A stretch of 63,058 nt of DNA, filler included, from Octopus bimaculoides (lineage: Eukaryota), in assembly GCF_001194135.2 (NCBI RefSeq). It is 4 parts of 3 records of this genome, joined end to end, with 100 filler letters (N's around TTAATTAATTAA, not from the genome) between each part and the next. Parts side by side here need not be neighbours in the genome. Positions count along the whole stretch, not along the records: positions 58,974 to 63,058 come from NC_069007.1; 3 more parts are not named here. The stretch is one strand, 5' to 3'. The position numbers were made by a program, and so were the translations under genes. Shown here one piece after another: positions 61,825-63,058 of the stretch (positions are counted from its first letter, which is position 1; every line of letters starts with the position of its first letter). The notes beneath the pieces are model-generated. The model searched no databases. It saw nothing but the letters and a program-made list of their open reading frames with translations, and had not been told where the DNA came from.

Positions 61825-62507
61825 GGAGAGTGGTATAAATATAAGATTTAAGGATCGAGGTGTAAGAAGAAAGTATATATACAGTCTATACAGTATNNNN
61901 NNNNNNNNNNNNNNNNNNNNNNNNNNNNNNNNNNNNNNNNNNNNNNNNNNNNNNNNNNNNNNNNNNNNNNNNNNNNNNNNNNNNNNNNNNNNNNNNNNNN
62001 NNNNNNNNNNNNNNNNNNNNNNNNNNNNNNNNNNNNNNNNNNNNNNNNNNNNNNNNNNNNNNNNNNNNNNNNNNNNNNNNNNNNNNNNNNNNNNNNNNNN
62101 NNNNNNNNNNNNNNNNNNNNNNNNNNNNNNNNNNNNNNNNNNNNNNNNNNNNNNNNNNNNNNNNNNNNNNNNNNNNNNNNNNNNNNNNNNNNNNNNNNNN
62201 NNNNNNNNNNNNNNNNNNNNNNNNNNNNNNNNNNNNNNNNNNNNNNNNNNNNNNNNNNNNNNNNNNNNNNNNNNNNNNNNNNNNNNNNNNNNNNNNNNNN
62301 NNNNNNNNNNNNNNNNNNNNNNNNNNNNNNNNNNNNNNNNNNNNNNNNNNNNNNNNNNNNNNNNNNNNNNNNNNNNNNNNNNNNNNNNNNNNNNNNNNNN
62401 NNNNNNNNNNNNNNNNNNNNNNNNNNNNNNNNNNNNNNNNNNNNNNNNNNNNNNNNNNNNNNNNNNNNNNNNNNNNNNNNNNNNNNNNNNNNNNNNNNNN
62501 NNNNNCC

Positions 62508-62602
62508 TTCTTCTTCTTTTTCTTCTCCTTCTTCTTCTTCTTCTTCTTCTTCTTCTTCTTCTTCTTCTTCTTCTTCTTCTTCTTCTTCTTCTTCTTCTTC
62601 TT
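62508..62602. repeat. (CTT)n microsatellite
   Basis: Direct reading. Confidence 0.97.
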
Positions 62603-62886
62603 GCCATTAACGTTGCTGTTATTGTCAACCTTGTTGTTGCTGATGTTGCTTTCGTTTTTTAGCCTCAAAATAATTCTGATCGAAATCTCATATGTGTGTG
62701 CGTGTATGTATTTGTGTGTGTGTGTGTGTGTGTGTGTGTTTGTGTTTGTGTACATGTGTGTTGGAGGGGCTACCCGGCACCACCCTTTAAACCGAAGGTG
62801 ACTACACACGATGTAGGTCAAGAGATGACCATCAGTTGACCTATATCTTATATGACCCGAATCTCTTTCAGCTATCAAATAACAAC

Positions 62887-62930
<44 letters not shown>

Positions 62931-63058
62931 CACGCACATACACACACACACGCACACACACGCATACAAAACATTCACGCAGAAACAATTTTCTGGGAAA
63001 AACTTTAAACATCTTACCATTCACCTATCACTGCTTTTGAGTTTGTGTGTGTGTGTGT

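Overview
AT-rich animal genomic DNA, dense in microsatellites and interrupted by many N-gaps. The repeat content suggests a cephalopod, probably Octopus; this is an inference from the tRNA/CORE-type SINEs and microsatellite load, not from a database match. I could not support any intact host gene, rRNA, functional tRNA or CRISPR array. Most long ORFs in the track are artefacts of N-gaps or microsatellites. The window is mostly decayed and partly nested transposable elements. Non-LTR elements: a CRE-clade element with an N-terminal PHD finger (1-3.35 kb), RTE fragments, R4/Dong fragments and Penelope fragments. LTR elements: a CsRn1-type Gypsy, a Mag/K02A2.6-type gag, an internally deleted Gypsy and a probable solo LTR. 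DNA elements: Tc1, mariner, Tigger/pogo, hAT, a Helitron 3' end and several MITEs. At least three SINE families are present. The most unusual signals are: (1) three copies of a GGATC...GATCC MITE with perfect 8-bp TSDs that carry telomere-like (CCCTAA)n cores, with outer TIRs that differ between copies but stay self-complementary; (2) three hammerhead-ribozyme-like relics with long stem II near the Penelope fragments; (3) the PHD finger in the CRE-type ORF; (4) several elements that abut (AAT)n tracts, some of which are SINE tails. None of these is shown to be novel; each needs the checks listed. TE boundaries without a TSD are approximate.
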